From the NCBI GenBank assembly GCA_963806225.1, contig CAWDXG010000004.1, positions 5,184,001-5,248,000 of the forward strand: 64,000 bases of DNA, given 5' to 3'. The position numbers and the translations under genes were made by a program. Origin of the DNA: an uncultured delta proteobacterium. Lineage in GTDB: Bacteria; Myxococcota_A; Polyangia; Polyangiales; Polyangiaceae. Below are positions 39,963-51,469 of the stretch, piece by piece. Position 1 is the stretch's first letter; every line of letters starts with the position of its first letter. The notes beneath the pieces were generated by a model that worked only from the letters and a program-made list of their open reading frames with translations, made no database searches and was not told the DNA's origin.

Positions 39963-41234
39963 ATGACTGGAGTCGAAGGCAGAGAGCGCGGGCTGTGGGC
40001 TCTGTTGGCTTGCGTGTTCGCGTCGTCTTCCGCCGGAGCGACCCCCGCCGCTTCGAACGATCAGGCCGTCAAGGTGCAGGCGACCTATACCGGAGACATC
40101 GCGGGCGTGCGCGCCGGATCGGATCCGGGCATCACCTACCTGGACAACCTCGATGTAACGCTGAAGCTGCGCCTGCAGCCGCTGCTCGGATGGAGCGATG
40201 CGCAGCTGTTCCTGCACGGGCTGGCCAACCAGGGGGGCAGCGTCAGCCGGCGCGCTGGCGACATCCAGGGTGCGGACAACATCGAGGCGCCGACCAACTG
40301 GAGCCTGTTCGAGGCGTGGCTCGAGCAGGACGTGGGTGGTGCAGCGTCGCTGCTGGTCGGCCTGTACGACATCAATTCGGAGTTCGATCACCTCGACGGC
40401 GCCGATCTCTTCATCAACAGCTCGCAGGGGCTCGACGCGGTGCTCGGCAACAGCGGCCGGAACGGTCCCTCCACGTTCCCGGCTACTTCGCTCGGCGCGC
40501 GGCTCAAAATGCTTGTCGGCGGGCAGCTGTACTTCCAGGGCGTCGTGCTCGACGGCGTGCCCGGCGATCTCGCGAATCCCCGCGGTACGCACGTCCGCTT
40601 CGGTTCAGCCGACGGCGCGCTCGTCCTGTTTGAATCAGGCTTCGTCCAGGGTCTACGAGGCGGCAGAGCGGCGGCGGAGGAGCTCGAGCACGTGCGTCGG
40701 CGCCGCGTTGGACGCGAGGGCGTGAACCTGTACGCGCTCAAGATCGCCAGCGGCGGTTGGTGGTACTCGTCGCGCTACCCGGACATCCAGTCGTCCGCAA
40801 AGCGTCCGCTGTCGGGTAGGACGAACTACGGCGGATACCTCGACGCCGACGGCGTCGTCTACCGCGAGGCGGACGATGCCGAGCAGGGTCTGTCGGCGCA
40901 CGCCCGCGTTGCATACGGAAATCCGCGATTCAGCGTGACGAGCCTGTACACCGGCGGCGGTCTCTCGTACACGGGGCTCATCCCCGGACGCGATTCGGAT
41001 CAAGCCGGCGTGGCTGCGTCCGCCGCCTGGAGCAGCGGGGCCGAAAGGGCGGTGCGCCGCGACCTCGGCGTGCCCGCCGCGCGCGCGGAGGTTGCCTTCG
41101 AGTCCACCTACCTGTTCGACATCGCCAGCTGGTTTTCGACCCAGCTCGACGCCCAGTACATCCTCTCGCCCAGCATGGACCCGGCCCGCGACAATGCCGT
41201 GGTGCTGATCGCGCGGGTGCAGGCCGCTTTCTGA
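39963..41234 (+). CDS. OprB-family porin
   Basis: YTGD, YLDNLD, FEAWLEQ, GLYDINSEF, FINSS, GPSTFP, DAQYI; C-terminal Phe. Confidence 0.85.
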   Translation: MTGVEGRERGLWALLACVFASSSAGATPAASNDQAVKVQATYTGDIAGVRAGSDPGITYLDNLDVTLKLRLQPLLGWSDAQLFLHGLANQGGSVSRRAGDIQGADNIEAPTNWSLFEAWLEQDVGGAASLLVGLYDINSEFDHLDGADLFINSSQGLDAVLGNSGRNGPSTFPATSLGARLKMLVGGQLYFQGVVLDGVPGDLANPRGTHVRFGSADGALVLFESGFVQGLRGGRAAAEELEHVRRRRVGREGVNLYALKIASGGWWYSSRYPDIQSSAKRPLSGRTNYGGYLDADGVVYREADDAEQGLSAHARVAYGNPRFSVTSLYTGGGLSYTGLIPGRDSDQAGVAASAAWSSGAERAVRRDLGVPAARAEVAFESTYLFDIASWFSTQLDAQYILSPSMDPARDNAVVLIARVQAAF

Positions 41235-41691
41235 GCCGGGAGCGTGCCACTTGGCGCGCTTCGACTTTCCGGCCGCGCCGCCGTCAGTCTGTCTTCGGGT
41301 CCTTTGGCGGAAGGGGGGCCACAGGGTGGTCGGGATCGTTTTCGATAACGGCTCCGGTGTGGCGGGCGAGTACGCCCATGGCGACCGCAATAATCCGGTT
41401 TTCGGCCCGCCAGTCGGTCTCCCGCTCCGACTGGCGCGCGCGGAGCTCGAGCCAGATCTCGCCTCCCAGCTGCCGGATGGTCCGGCGTCCCTTCGGCTTC
41501 GTCATGTTTTCCCCGACCAGCATTCGACTGTCAGCTTCAGCGCACTCTCCTGAGACAGGACTCCAACTCTTCATTGAACACCATTCCCAGCGCCAGCGCA
41601 TCACCCCCAGGGGTGAAGGGCAGGCGGATTCCCCGCGGCACTCGCCTGCCCCTCGGTTGCTGCGCCCGGTTCTGGCCGGTAGCGTCTTTTC

Positions 41692-42090
41692 ATGGCCCGC
41701 ACGTTTCCGTCGCGCACGCTCGCGATCTCAATCGACCGGCCGCCCGACGAGGTCTACAGCTTCATCTCCAATCCGGTGAACCTGCCGCGCTGGTCGTTTG
41801 TAGAGTCGGTATCCCGCGAGGGCGATAGCTGGGTCGCCTGCTCCGAGGACGGCTCGTTCGGGCTTCGGTTCGCGTCCGACAATCCGTTCGGCGTGCTCGA
41901 TCATTTCGTGCAGCTCGCCCCTACGGTCGAGCTCCACGTTCCGATGCGCGTCATTCCCAATGGTGAGGGCAGTGAAGTGCTCTTCACGCTGCTGCAGACC
42001 GAGGCCACCAGCGAAGAGGCCTTCGAGCGCGACGTGCGGACCGTGCAACGCGATCTCGAACGGCTGAAACGGGTGCTCGAGGCAGAGTAG
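41692..42090 (+). CDS. SRPBCC (polyketide cyclase-like) protein
   Basis: VYSFISNPVNLPRW, NPFGVLDH, PMRVIPNGEGSEVLFTL, DLERLKRVLE. Confidence 0.85.
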   Translation: MARTFPSRTLAISIDRPPDEVYSFISNPVNLPRWSFVESVSREGDSWVACSEDGSFGLRFASDNPFGVLDHFVQLAPTVELHVPMRVIPNGEGSEVLFTLLQTEATSEEAFERDVRTVQRDLERLKRVLEAE

Positions 42091-42100
42091 ACCTGAGGAT

Positions 42101-42700
42101 TCAGTCGACGAGCTTCTCGGCCTGCTGCATACCGCCGAGCAGGCTCGCCGGATCGTGCTCGTTGTAGAAGAACTGGAAGCGGGTGCGGGGGGCCTTGACG
42201 GCCCGGGCGATCTCCCCGCCCGGCGTGAGGAAGTAGGTGCGCGGGATGTAGCTGCCGTCGAGGGCGTAGCGCGACGCCACGGCCGGCTCGCGGTCGGTGT
42301 CGATGCGGACCATCACGAATTTCTTCGCCTCGGCGACCACGCGTGGATCCTCGAATACGTGGCTGTAGTTCTTGCAGTGCGGGCACCAGGTGGCGAAGAA
42401 CACCAGGCACACCGGCTTGTGCTGCGTCTTCGCGAGGGCGATGCCCTGTTCGTAGTCGAGCCAGTGGATCTGCGCGGCGTTCCAGTTCTCCGCGCGCGCC
42501 GCCTTCGGCGTCGGAGCCACGACGCGGGCTGCTGCCGCCGGTGCAGCGCCCCGTGCTCTAGCGGCAGGGGGATCCGGTGGCGCTGCCGGCTTTTCGTGAT
42601 TGCGTCCGCCATCCGTCGGCCCCGCCTTGCAGCCAGTCGCCGCCGCCAGGGCTAGCGCTGTCATTGCGGTCACGACCGCGGAAAGCCGGAGCGTCGTCAT
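42101..42700 (-). CDS. Thioredoxin-family lipoprotein
   Basis: FFATWCPHC, YIPRTYF; signal ending ATGC. Confidence 0.85.
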   Translation of the reverse strand: MTTLRLSAVVTAMTALALAAATGCKAGPTDGGRNHEKPAAPPDPPAARARGAAPAAAARVVAPTPKAARAENWNAAQIHWLDYEQGIALAKTQHKPVCLVFFATWCPHCKNYSHVFEDPRVVAEAKKFVMVRIDTDREPAVASRYALDGSYIPRTYFLTPGGEIARAVKAPRTRFQFFYNEHDPASLLGGMQQAEKLVD

Positions 42701-42839
42701 CCGCGGGAGCATAGCCGACGATCGCCGAAGCGCCCACGAGGGCCCGCCGTTGCGAGCCGGATTGCTTCGACGCCCATGCGGGTTGCCGAAACGCGAGTCG
42801 CGTTCCAGACCCCTAGGCGACGTGATAGCGTCCAGCGCC

Positions 42840-43328
42840 ATGTTGGACCGGACCCAGGCGCAACAAGGCGGATTTGGACCAGGCGGGCCTCCTCCACACG
42901 GACCGCCACCCGGTGGCTATGGACCGCCCGGGGCGCCTGGCGGATATGGGCCGCCCGGCGGCGCACCGCCCGGCATGGTGCCGCCCGGTATGCCTCCCGG
43001 CGCGGGCGGCCCGCCTCCCGCGAAGAAGAGCCCGGGGCTCAAATACGCGCTCGTCGGCTGCGGCTGTCTCTTGCTGATCGCTACCGGCGCCCTGCTCTTC
43101 ACGTTGGCGACGGGGGGCGTTGCCACGTACTTCGCGAAGAAAGCCGCAACCCCCGGCGGCCCCGACTGCGCGGCTGCCGCAGCATGCTGCGAGAAGATCC
43201 TTGCGAAGAGCGGCACCGCCGACAGGACAGCCTGCACCCAGCTCAAGTCCGCCCCCGCGATCGCATGCGCGCAGTCGCTCAAGGTGTACAAGCGGTCGGC
43301 AGCGTCGCTGGGTATCACCTGTCCGTAG
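42840..43328 (+). CDS. Pro/Gly-rich membrane protein with small Cys-rich C-terminal domain
   Basis: GYGPPG repeats, TM with GCGC, CAAAAACC...C...C...CP. Confidence 0.7.
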   Translation: MLDRTQAQQGGFGPGGPPPHGPPPGGYGPPGAPGGYGPPGGAPPGMVPPGMPPGAGGPPPAKKSPGLKYALVGCGCLLLIATGALLFTLATGGVATYFAKKAATPGGPDCAAAAACCEKILAKSGTADRTACTQLKSAPAIACAQSLKVYKRSAASLGITCP

Positions 43329-43439
43329 GCGAATGCCCGCGGCACCCGGGGCGCCCGAACGGCTCCGGGGCCGCCGGCGATGTACGCCGGGGCCCCGGTG
43401 GAAGTAACGAGTAGCGGCTCGGCGAGCCGCGAGGCGGGT

Positions 43440-44162
43440 CTACTGGCCGCGCCAGTCGACGTTGCCGAGCCCGGGCTGGGTCGGCCGCATGATCTTGACG
43501 TACTTGTGGTTGGTCGCGGCGTGGCAGACGTTGCAGCCGTCGATCGTCAAGTCGTACGCAGCCTCGAAATCGGCCAGCGTCTTGGTGCCCGCCTGTGCGG
43601 CCTTCGCGACCTCGTCCAACGAGCCGGACGCTGTCGTCAGGTAGGTCGACTCGAAGGTCTTGAGCAGCGCAGCGTTGCCCGGGCGGGTCGTCTCGAAGAC
43701 TTCCTGGATCTCGGGCATCTCCTTGATCTGGTAGAGGACCATGCCCCAGTTCGGTGTCGGCGTTCCGCTGGGCGTGCCGTCGGACGTCGCATGGGCCGCA
43801 TACCAGACATCGTTCATGCGGTTCGCGTACTCGATCATGACCGTCCCGCCGCCAGGCTGGATCTTCCACAGATCGAGATTCGAGTTGTTGGCTCCGCCGT
43901 CCGGCGCCTGGAACAGATCCTCGACCTGGCTCATCGTGACGCCGCCGTCGACACCTGGTCCGGCAGGGCCCTGGGGGCCGGCGGGTCCCGCAGGTCCGGA
44001 GGGCCCCTGCGGCCCTGCAGCTCCGGCAGGTCCGGCGGGCCCTTCGGGTCCGGCCGTACCTTCGGGTCCGGTCGTACCGCTGTTTCCCGCGGAGCCCTTG
44101 CAGGCGCCCAGCACTGTCGCGCCGATCAGCGTCGCGATCGCAAGCCAATATCCATTTCTCAT
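43440..44162 (-). CDS. Lipoprotein with collagen-like repeat and C-terminal c-type heme motif
   Basis: Lipobox LGAC; at least 13 consecutive Gly-X-Y triplets; CNVCH near the C-terminus. Confidence 0.85.
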   Translation of the reverse strand: MRNGYWLAIATLIGATVLGACKGSAGNSGTTGPEGTAGPEGPAGPAGAAGPQGPSGPAGPAGPQGPAGPGVDGGVTMSQVEDLFQAPDGGANNSNLDLWKIQPGGGTVMIEYANRMNDVWYAAHATSDGTPSGTPTPNWGMVLYQIKEMPEIQEVFETTRPGNAALLKTFESTYLTTASGSLDEVAKAAQAGTKTLADFEAAYDLTIDGCNVCHAATNHKYVKIMRPTQPGLGNVDWRGQ

Positions 44163-44222
44163 CCTGTACCAGCCTTTCGTCTGTGCCCGGCGACCCAGCC
44201 GCCCCGGGCTGGCACTCCTTCC

Positions 44223-44237
44223 GCAAGGCGCGTGCCA
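44223..44237 (-). promoter_or_regulatory. sigma-54 -24/-12 promoter
   Basis: Minus strand TGGCAC-GCGCC-TTGC, about 60 bp upstream of the cytochrome start. Confidence 0.8.
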
Positions 44238-44364
44238 GCGCGCGGGGACCGCGAACGGGCACGATTGCCGTCGCGGCGCCCTGCGCTGCGCCGGATTCCC
44301 GGCGGCGTGCTGCCGGCGACGAGTGCGCTCAGCGACGAATGGCGCACGGATCGGCGACCCGCGA

Positions 44365-44388
44365 CGCGTGCCGGGATCCCGGCACGCG
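44365..44388. promoter_or_regulatory. 24-bp perfect palindrome, candidate enhancer (UAS) or terminator stem
   Basis: CGCGTGCCGGGATCCCGGCACGCG; related GCCGGATTCCCGGC at 44290. Confidence 0.55.
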
Positions 44389-44402
44389 ATGCCGGGATCG
44401 CG

Positions 44403-45776
<1,374 letters not shown>

Positions 45777-45780
<4 letters not shown>

Positions 45781-47141
45781 GGCGCGGCCCTCCCCGCGGC
45801 GGCGCGCGGCAGGGTCATGCTGACGCGCGTCCCGCGTCCGGGCTCGCTCTCCAGCGTCATCTCGCCTCCGTGCTCTTCCACGACGCGCCGGCTGATTGCA
45901 AGTCCCAGGCCGGTCCCCTCGCCGACTGGCTTCGTCGTGAAGAACGGGTCGAAGACCTTCCGGGCCACGTCCGCGCGGATGCCGGGGCCCGTGTCCGTGA
46001 CCTCCACCACAATCGGGCCCGCCGTGCCGGGACCGGCCCGGGTCTTCACCGTGACGACGCCGCCCTCGCGGCAGGCGTCCAGGGCATTGTCCACCAGGTT
46101 GATCAGCGCTTCGCCGAAGCGCGCCGGATCGATCTCGACCTTGCCGATGTCGCCCAGATCCGTCTCCAGGCGGGCCTGCGAACGGCGGGTGGACGGCGAG
46201 GCGAGCTTGACCGTGTCCGCGACCAGCGCGTCGACATCGCACGGCAGGCGCGAGAGCGGCTCGTCGCGGCCCAGTGAAAGCAGCCGCCGCGTCATGATCT
46301 CGATGCGCTTGAGGGCGTCGGCCATCATCTCGAGATTTCCCTCGACCCGGTCGTCGCCCGCGAGCTTGTGCTGCAGGAGCTCCACCGAGCTGGAGAGCCC
46401 GTGCAACGGGTTGCGCACAGCGTGCGCGATGCCCGCGGAGAGCTCGCCGATGCGCGCCAGCTTCTCGCGGGACTGGGCCACGCGGTCGTGCTCGCGCCGG
46501 AGCGCCTCCGCGCGCTGGTAGCGCAGGGTCACCGAGCGGACGAAGTAGACGACCGCGCCCATCATCACGGCGAACGCCGTGAGATAGCCCGCAAGATACC
46601 GCCACGACCGGTAGAGCGGCGAGACGATGGTCGCGGGATGGCCGAACGCGGCGTGCAGTCCGTGATGCGGTAACAGCCCCGCGAACTGTCCGAACACCAC
46701 CAGTGCCTGGAAGGAGCAGCCGATCGCTGCCAGCGCGACCGCCGAGCGGGTCGTCAAGAGCATTGCGCCGATCGCCGCGGGCAGCGCGAACAGCATCGCG
46801 AAAGGATTCTCTGCGCCGCCGCTCAGCTCGAGCAGCAGCGCCAGCGCCGCCATGTCGCCCAGCAGCTGCTCGAACACCAGCCGCCGGAGCACCTCGACCG
46901 ACGCCGTCCCACGTCGGTCGAGGCGCACGCGCGAGAAGACGTTCCAGGCCGCGAGCGCCGCTCCCACCGACGCCAAGAGCAGCGGCTCCACGAAACGGGT
47001 CGCCCATGCCGCCGCCGCCGCCGCCAGCACGCCGCCCACCGCGAACCAGCGCATCTGCACAAGCCAGGTCGCGCGCTCGAGCAGATACTCCTTCTCGGTG
47101 TCCTCGTCCCCCGCGCCGGGACGCGTGGCTTCAACCAGCAT
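45777..47141 (-). CDS. Membrane sensor histidine kinase
   Basis: Multi-TM N-terminus (GGAENPF), AGIAHAVRNPL, NLVDNALDA, FDPFFTTKPVGEGTGLGL. Confidence 0.92.
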
Positions 47142-47338
47142 CTACCGCAATCGTTCCGCCGGAAGGATAGGACGGCAACCACGGGGATGACCGGCGTCAC
47201 GTGGTGCGCAGCGCCCGTGTCCGGCGAAGGTCGCGGCGCGGCAGAGCGTCCGGCATCGGGTCGGCGCCCGGGAGCCCGATCGGTTGCCAGGACCGGCCGG
47301 CGATGCATGTTGAAGGACCGCAGCGCGCTTCACGGGTT

Positions 47339-47539
47339 AACAGCGCGACGAGCCAGTTCTTCGTCGTCAACAACAAGAACGGCTCTCGCAGCCTCGATGG
47401 CCAGTACGCCGCGTTTGGTCACATCATCGCGGGGACGGACGTGCTCGACGCCATCAGCTAGGTTGCGACGCAGAGCGTGAGCGGCTTCGACGACGTGCGG
47501 GTAACGGACGTGGTGATCGATTCCGCCAAGCGCCGATAG
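47339..47539 (+). pseudogene. Cyclophilin-type PPIase C-terminal remnant
   Basis: NSATSQFFV...LDGQYAAFGHIIAGTDVLDAIS*VATQSVSGFDDV...VVIDSAKRR*; internal TAG at 47459-47461; N-terminal half not found. Confidence 0.75.
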
Positions 47540-47548
47540 CGCCGCGCT

Positions 47549-48625
47549 CTACGACCAGATCTCCGCCGTCTGCGGGCCGCCGCCGGCGACGAGCACGCGG
47601 CCGTCCCCGAGTCGTGTCGCGGTGTGCCCCGCGCGGGGGGTCAGCGACCGGGCGACCTGGAACGTTCGCGCGCGCGGGTCGAAGAGCTCGGCTTCGCTCC
47701 ACGGCGGGGACGTGGCGTCAAGCGTGCCGCCGGTTCCGCCGACGATCAGGACGCCACCGTCGACAAGCGCGGTCGCGGTGTGGCTGGTGCGGGCGCGCTG
47801 CATTGGTCCGACCTCGATCCATGCTCCGGTTTCCGGTTGGTACAACTCGGCGGACGCGTGGATGGCGGGCTCGTCGCCGTAGCCGCCGACAGCGAGCACG
47901 GAGCCGTCCCCGAGCCGGGTCAGGGTGTGCTCGGCACGTGCGTGGTGGAGCGGTGCTGCATCGGTCCAGGTATCGGTGCGCGAATCGTAGAGGGCGGCCG
48001 AGGAGAGCGCAAAGAGCGCGCGGTCGGCCGTCTCGCCCAGTCCGCCCGCGACGAGCACGCGGCCGTCGCCGAGAAGCTCGGCGGCGTGGAGGTAGCGCGG
48101 GCCCGGAAGATCGGCGCGGGCGCGCCACGCGGCGTCGACGGGCTCCCAGGTCAGCGCGCTCGCCGACAGCCGCTCGGTTCCCAGGCCGCCGGCAAGGAGC
48201 ACCTCCCCGGAGGCGAGCAGCGTCGTGCTCGGCGCGATCAAACCCGGCACCGCCGGCAGCCTGGACCAGGCGCCGGTCGCGACATCGAAGCGTTCCACCG
48301 AGCCGGGGGTGCGCAGACATCCGCCGCCGGAGAAGAAGCCGCCGCACACGAGGACCCCACCGACAACAGCCGCGGCGCCGTGCGCCTCGCGCGGCACGCG
48401 CATCGGCGCGACGAGCGTGCTTGAACGCGCGCTGGGGTCGACGACCTCGGCGCTCTGGAGCGAGCACGGGTCGTCGAAGTCGCAGAAAGCGGCGCGCTCG
48501 GGCGTGATGGGTTTCGAGCCGCCCGCGACGAGCACGCGGCCGTCGTCGAGCAGCGTCGCCGTGTGCCCGCTGCGCGGGAAACAAAGCGGGATCGACGTGG
48601 AGCCTCGCGTCACGAGCGGCCTCAA
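47549..48625 (-). CDS. Kelch-repeat protein (start uncertain)
   Basis: Repeated RxxHTATxLxDGRVLVAGG units. Confidence 0.88.
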   Translation of the reverse strand: MRPLVTRGSTSIPLCFPRSGHTATLLDDGRVLVAGGSKPITPERAAFCDFDDPCSLQSAEVVDPSARSSTLVAPMRVPREAHGAAAVVGGVLVCGGFFSGGGCLRTPGSVERFDVATGAWSRLPAVPGLIAPSTTLLASGEVLLAGGLGTERLSASALTWEPVDAAWRARADLPGPRYLHAAELLGDGRVLVAGGLGETADRALFALSSAALYDSRTDTWTDAAPLHHARAEHTLTRLGDGSVLAVGGYGDEPAIHASAELYQPETGAWIEVGPMQRARTSHTATALVDGGVLIVGGTGGTLDATSPPWSEAELFDPRARTFQVARSLTPRAGHTATRLGDGRVLVAGGGPQTAEIWS

Positions 48626-48630
48626 ACGCC

Positions 48631-49368
48631 CTACTTCTTCTTGCCCTCGTGCTTGCCGGCGTTCGACTTGTCATGTTCGTGGGCGTCGTCTTTGCCGTGC
48701 GCTTTGTCCGTTCCGTGCACCTTGTCTGTCTGGTGCGGGCCCTTCAGTCCCGGGCCGAGATTCTTGCAGTGGCCGCCGGGGCAGGTGACGTGGCAGGTGG
48801 CGCCGGCCGCGCACTGGGTCTTGCAGTCGCCGCCCTGGCACGTGACGTTGCACGTCGAGCCCTTCACACAGGTCGTCTTGCAGTGGCCGCCCTGGCAGGT
48901 GACGTTGCAGGTAGCGCCGGACGCGCACTGGGTGCGGCAGTTGCCGCCCGCACAGCCGAGCGTGCAGCTCGTGTCCTTGTCGCACTTCATGTCGCAGTTG
49001 CCGCCCGCGCACTGCTCGTTGCAGGTCCCGCCGGCCTTGCACGACAGCTTGCAGTGTCCCGCCGAGCAGCCCGCCGAGGCGCTCACCGACGCCGAGCCCG
49101 ATGCGCTGCCGCTTCCCGCGGCGACGCTGCCACTCGAGCCAGGATTGCCGGCGCTCCCCGCGTTGTCGCCGCTTTCGCCGTTCGACAGCGCGCCCGAACT
49201 GCTTGCCACCGCTTCGCCGCCTGACGACGACGAACCCGACGAGCTGGCGCCGGAGGACGCGCCGGAGCCGGGCTCCGCTTCCGGCATCGGCCCGCTGTGG
49301 GTCTTCACGGTGCAGCCCGACAGGGCGAAGAGGATCAGGCTGGCGGCGGACAAGTGTGCGATCTTCAT
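48631..49368 (-). CDS. Lipoprotein with 19-aa Cys repeats and His/Lys-rich tail
   Basis: Lipobox LSGC; Ser/Gly linker; CxGGxCxxxCxxGxTCxxx about 5.5 times. Confidence 0.8.
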   Translation of the reverse strand: MKIAHLSAASLILFALSGCTVKTHSGPMPEAEPGSGASSGASSSGSSSSGGEAVASSSGALSNGESGDNAGSAGNPGSSGSVAAGSGSASGSASVSASAGCSAGHCKLSCKAGGTCNEQCAGGNCDMKCDKDTSCTLGCAGGNCRTQCASGATCNVTCQGGHCKTTCVKGSTCNVTCQGGDCKTQCAAGATCHVTCPGGHCKNLGPGLKGPHQTDKVHGTDKAHGKDDAHEHDKSNAGKHEGKKK

Positions 49369-49478
49369 GATGAAACCTCGCTGTCGATCAGGGCCTGTCG
49401 AAGCGCTCCAGTTGGGTACGTGGAGGGAGAGCTCCCAGATTCGCACCGCGCCCGCGGATGTAAAGGGAGTGCCGCCGC

Positions 49479-50315
49479 TCAGACGATCTTTACGAGCAGC
49501 CCGCCCGTGTCCTTCACCAGGTCCAGGCTCTGTGCGAGGCCTTTGACGATCAGCTTCAGGTGCAGGACCAGCTTCGGGTTGAGGATCTGCTTGGGCGCGC
49601 TGGCGACGAGGGCGGCGCCGGTAGAGACCGTCTGCTCGGTCTTCGAGACCAGCTGGGCACCGAGCGTCACGACCGACTTGTACAGCGCTGCGAGCTGCTC
49701 GGCCTGGTCGACGATCTCGGGCTTCTCCGACGAGGAGAGCTCGTCGAGCGCGCTCTGGACGCTGGCCCTGGGCAGCTTCTTCGTGCCGTTCTGCACGTTG
49801 CTGGGCGGGTCCTCGCCGGCAGCGGCGCTCTTGGCCAGGAGGATGTGCCGCCCCGTTTCCATGAGCTGGTACGCCGTCCCGTACATCTCGGCCGACGCGC
49901 GGAAGAAGTTGTCGTACTCGGGCATGCCGATCTGCACGTAGGTGAAGTCGTAGGCAGGGTCCGGCTGCATCGTCGCGACCTTGATGTAGTCGTACTTGAT
50001 GTTGCCTTCGAACGGCTTCAGCGAGGGGTCGAGCTGCCCCAGCCGGACCTTGCCGGGAGGCGGCACGTCGGTGAGCTTCTTGATCAGCTTGGCGGTGATC
50101 TCGCCGACGTCCTTGGCGAACTCGGAAAAATCCGTCCCCACTTCGCCCATGGCGTCCTCGAACTCGTCCCAGTTCTTGAAGTCGCGTTCGTGAACGGTCG
50201 TGTGACCGTTCTTGGTCATGGTCGTCACGACCTTGCCGTGGAGGCCGATCGCCTCGCAGGCGGCGACGAGAGAAGACAACACACCCAGCCCCAGAACACC
50301 CCGACGTGTCAGCAT
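49479..50315 (-). CDS. Hypothetical Tat-exported lipoprotein
   Basis: MLTRRGVL twin-arginine motif, lipobox VAAC. Confidence 0.7.
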   Translation of the reverse strand: MLTRRGVLGLGVLSSLVAACEAIGLHGKVVTTMTKNGHTTVHERDFKNWDEFEDAMGEVGTDFSEFAKDVGEITAKLIKKLTDVPPPGKVRLGQLDPSLKPFEGNIKYDYIKVATMQPDPAYDFTYVQIGMPEYDNFFRASAEMYGTAYQLMETGRHILLAKSAAAGEDPPSNVQNGTKKLPRASVQSALDELSSSEKPEIVDQAEQLAALYKSVVTLGAQLVSKTEQTVSTGAALVASAPKQILNPKLVLHLKLIVKGLAQSLDLVKDTGGLLVKIV

Positions 50316-50455
50316 GGTGGCGACCCATAGCCGCGCTCGGCGCGGCTCTCGATGGCGGGCGACAGGTCCGCCACGTGTGCGGAAAACCCGTCCGCGGGAG
50401 ATGTAAGCCCTGGCTTCACCCGCCGTTGTACGGCGTGAAGGACGGAAAATTCCCG

Positions 50456-51103
50456 ATGCACAGATACCTACTTCTGGGGGCGATGCTGCTCGTGCCGCTC
50501 GTGGCCGGCTGCGGCATGGCGATGGGGCAGGGTGCGATGAACACGAAGAACGCGGATGACGCCAAGGAGCTGGACGCTCCGCTCGCCGTAGGGGCGTCGA
50601 TCCAGCCCGACGTGCGCATGCAGCTCGCGGGCACGGCCTCGCCGACGCTGGTGCTGGTGTCGGCTCGCCCAACGGTCGTGACTGCCAACGGCGGGCGCCT
50701 GACGGGGCGTGCGCCGGGCGTGAGCGCCATCCTGGTGACAACGAAGGAAGGCCAGGTGCTCGACTTCTATCACCTGTGGGTGGAGCGGGCGTCGCGCGCG
50801 ACGCTGCACCGCCTGTACGACGACGGGCGCGACATGGGCGAGGTGCGTGGCGAGATGGACCTCATGGTGGGCGAATCGGTGGTGCTCACCCCCAGGGTCT
50901 ACTACCGCGCGCAGGAGCTGGCGGGGACGATCGAGGGACAGTGGTCGGTTGACCCGCCCGTTGCGAGCGTGCTCGGGCAAGGGATTGCCGAGCGCCGCCG
51001 TCTCGTTGCGACGGCGCCGGGCAAGGCAACACTCACCGTGAAGCTCGCGAACGTGGCGGTGAAGGTGCCGCTCACGGTGTTGCCCGCGGGAGGTGCGTCG
51101 TGA
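50456..51103 (+). CDS. Lipoprotein with probable tandem Ig-like domains
   Basis: Lipobox VAGC; LTGRAPGVSAILV and LVATAPGKATLTV Ig-like strand motifs. Confidence 0.65.
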   Translation: MHRYLLLGAMLLVPLVAGCGMAMGQGAMNTKNADDAKELDAPLAVGASIQPDVRMQLAGTASPTLVLVSARPTVVTANGGRLTGRAPGVSAILVTTKEGQVLDFYHLWVERASRATLHRLYDDGRDMGEVRGEMDLMVGESVVLTPRVYYRAQELAGTIEGQWSVDPPVASVLGQGIAERRRLVATAPGKATLTVKLANVAVKVPLTVLPAGGAS

Positions 51104-51468
51104 AGGCCAGGCTGATGTTGCTCGCCGCGATCGCCTGCAGCGCGTGCACGAGCTACCACGCGGTGACCCCGCCGCTGCCGGGCCGCTCGGCGTCACTCGA
51201 CAACGCGCACGACCAGCTCACCGTCTCCCAGGGCGTCGCGCTCGGCTTCGAGTGCGTCACCGCCTGGGGCAATCCGTGCACCGCCGGTCAGGCCACGATC
51301 GACGACCAGAAGGTGGCGAAGGTCTACTCCGCGCACCTGAACCATCTCGAGGGTTTCCTGAACGGCGTTCTGCCTCCGACGAGCTATGTAGTCGTGGGCG
51401 TGAACCCGGGGCGGACGACGCTGCACATCCCCGGCGAAAGCGCGCTCCGGGTGGTCGTGGTGCCGTAG
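51100..51468 (+). CDS. Small lipoprotein, probable Ig-like domain
   Basis: Signal peptide ending in Cys; VVGVNPGRTTLHI; GTGA overlap. Confidence 0.6.
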   Translation: MKARLMLLAAIACSACTSYHAVTPPLPGRSASLDNAHDQLTVSQGVALGFECVTAWGNPCTAGQATIDDQKVAKVYSAHLNHLEGFLNGVLPPTSYVVVGVNPGRTTLHIPGESALRVVVVP

Positions 51469-51469
51469 C

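Noticed and set aside
41251..41604. Short ORFs between the porin and SRPBCC genes
   Set aside because: No motifs or clear start signals; could be a remnant or non-coding. CTCCAAC at 41561 lacks the upstream GCGAA element of the ECF motif.
47459..47461. TAG readthrough (pyrrolysine) in the cyclophilin fragment
   Set aside because: The gene also lacks its N-terminal half and no pyl genes are in the window; a pseudogene is the simpler explanation.
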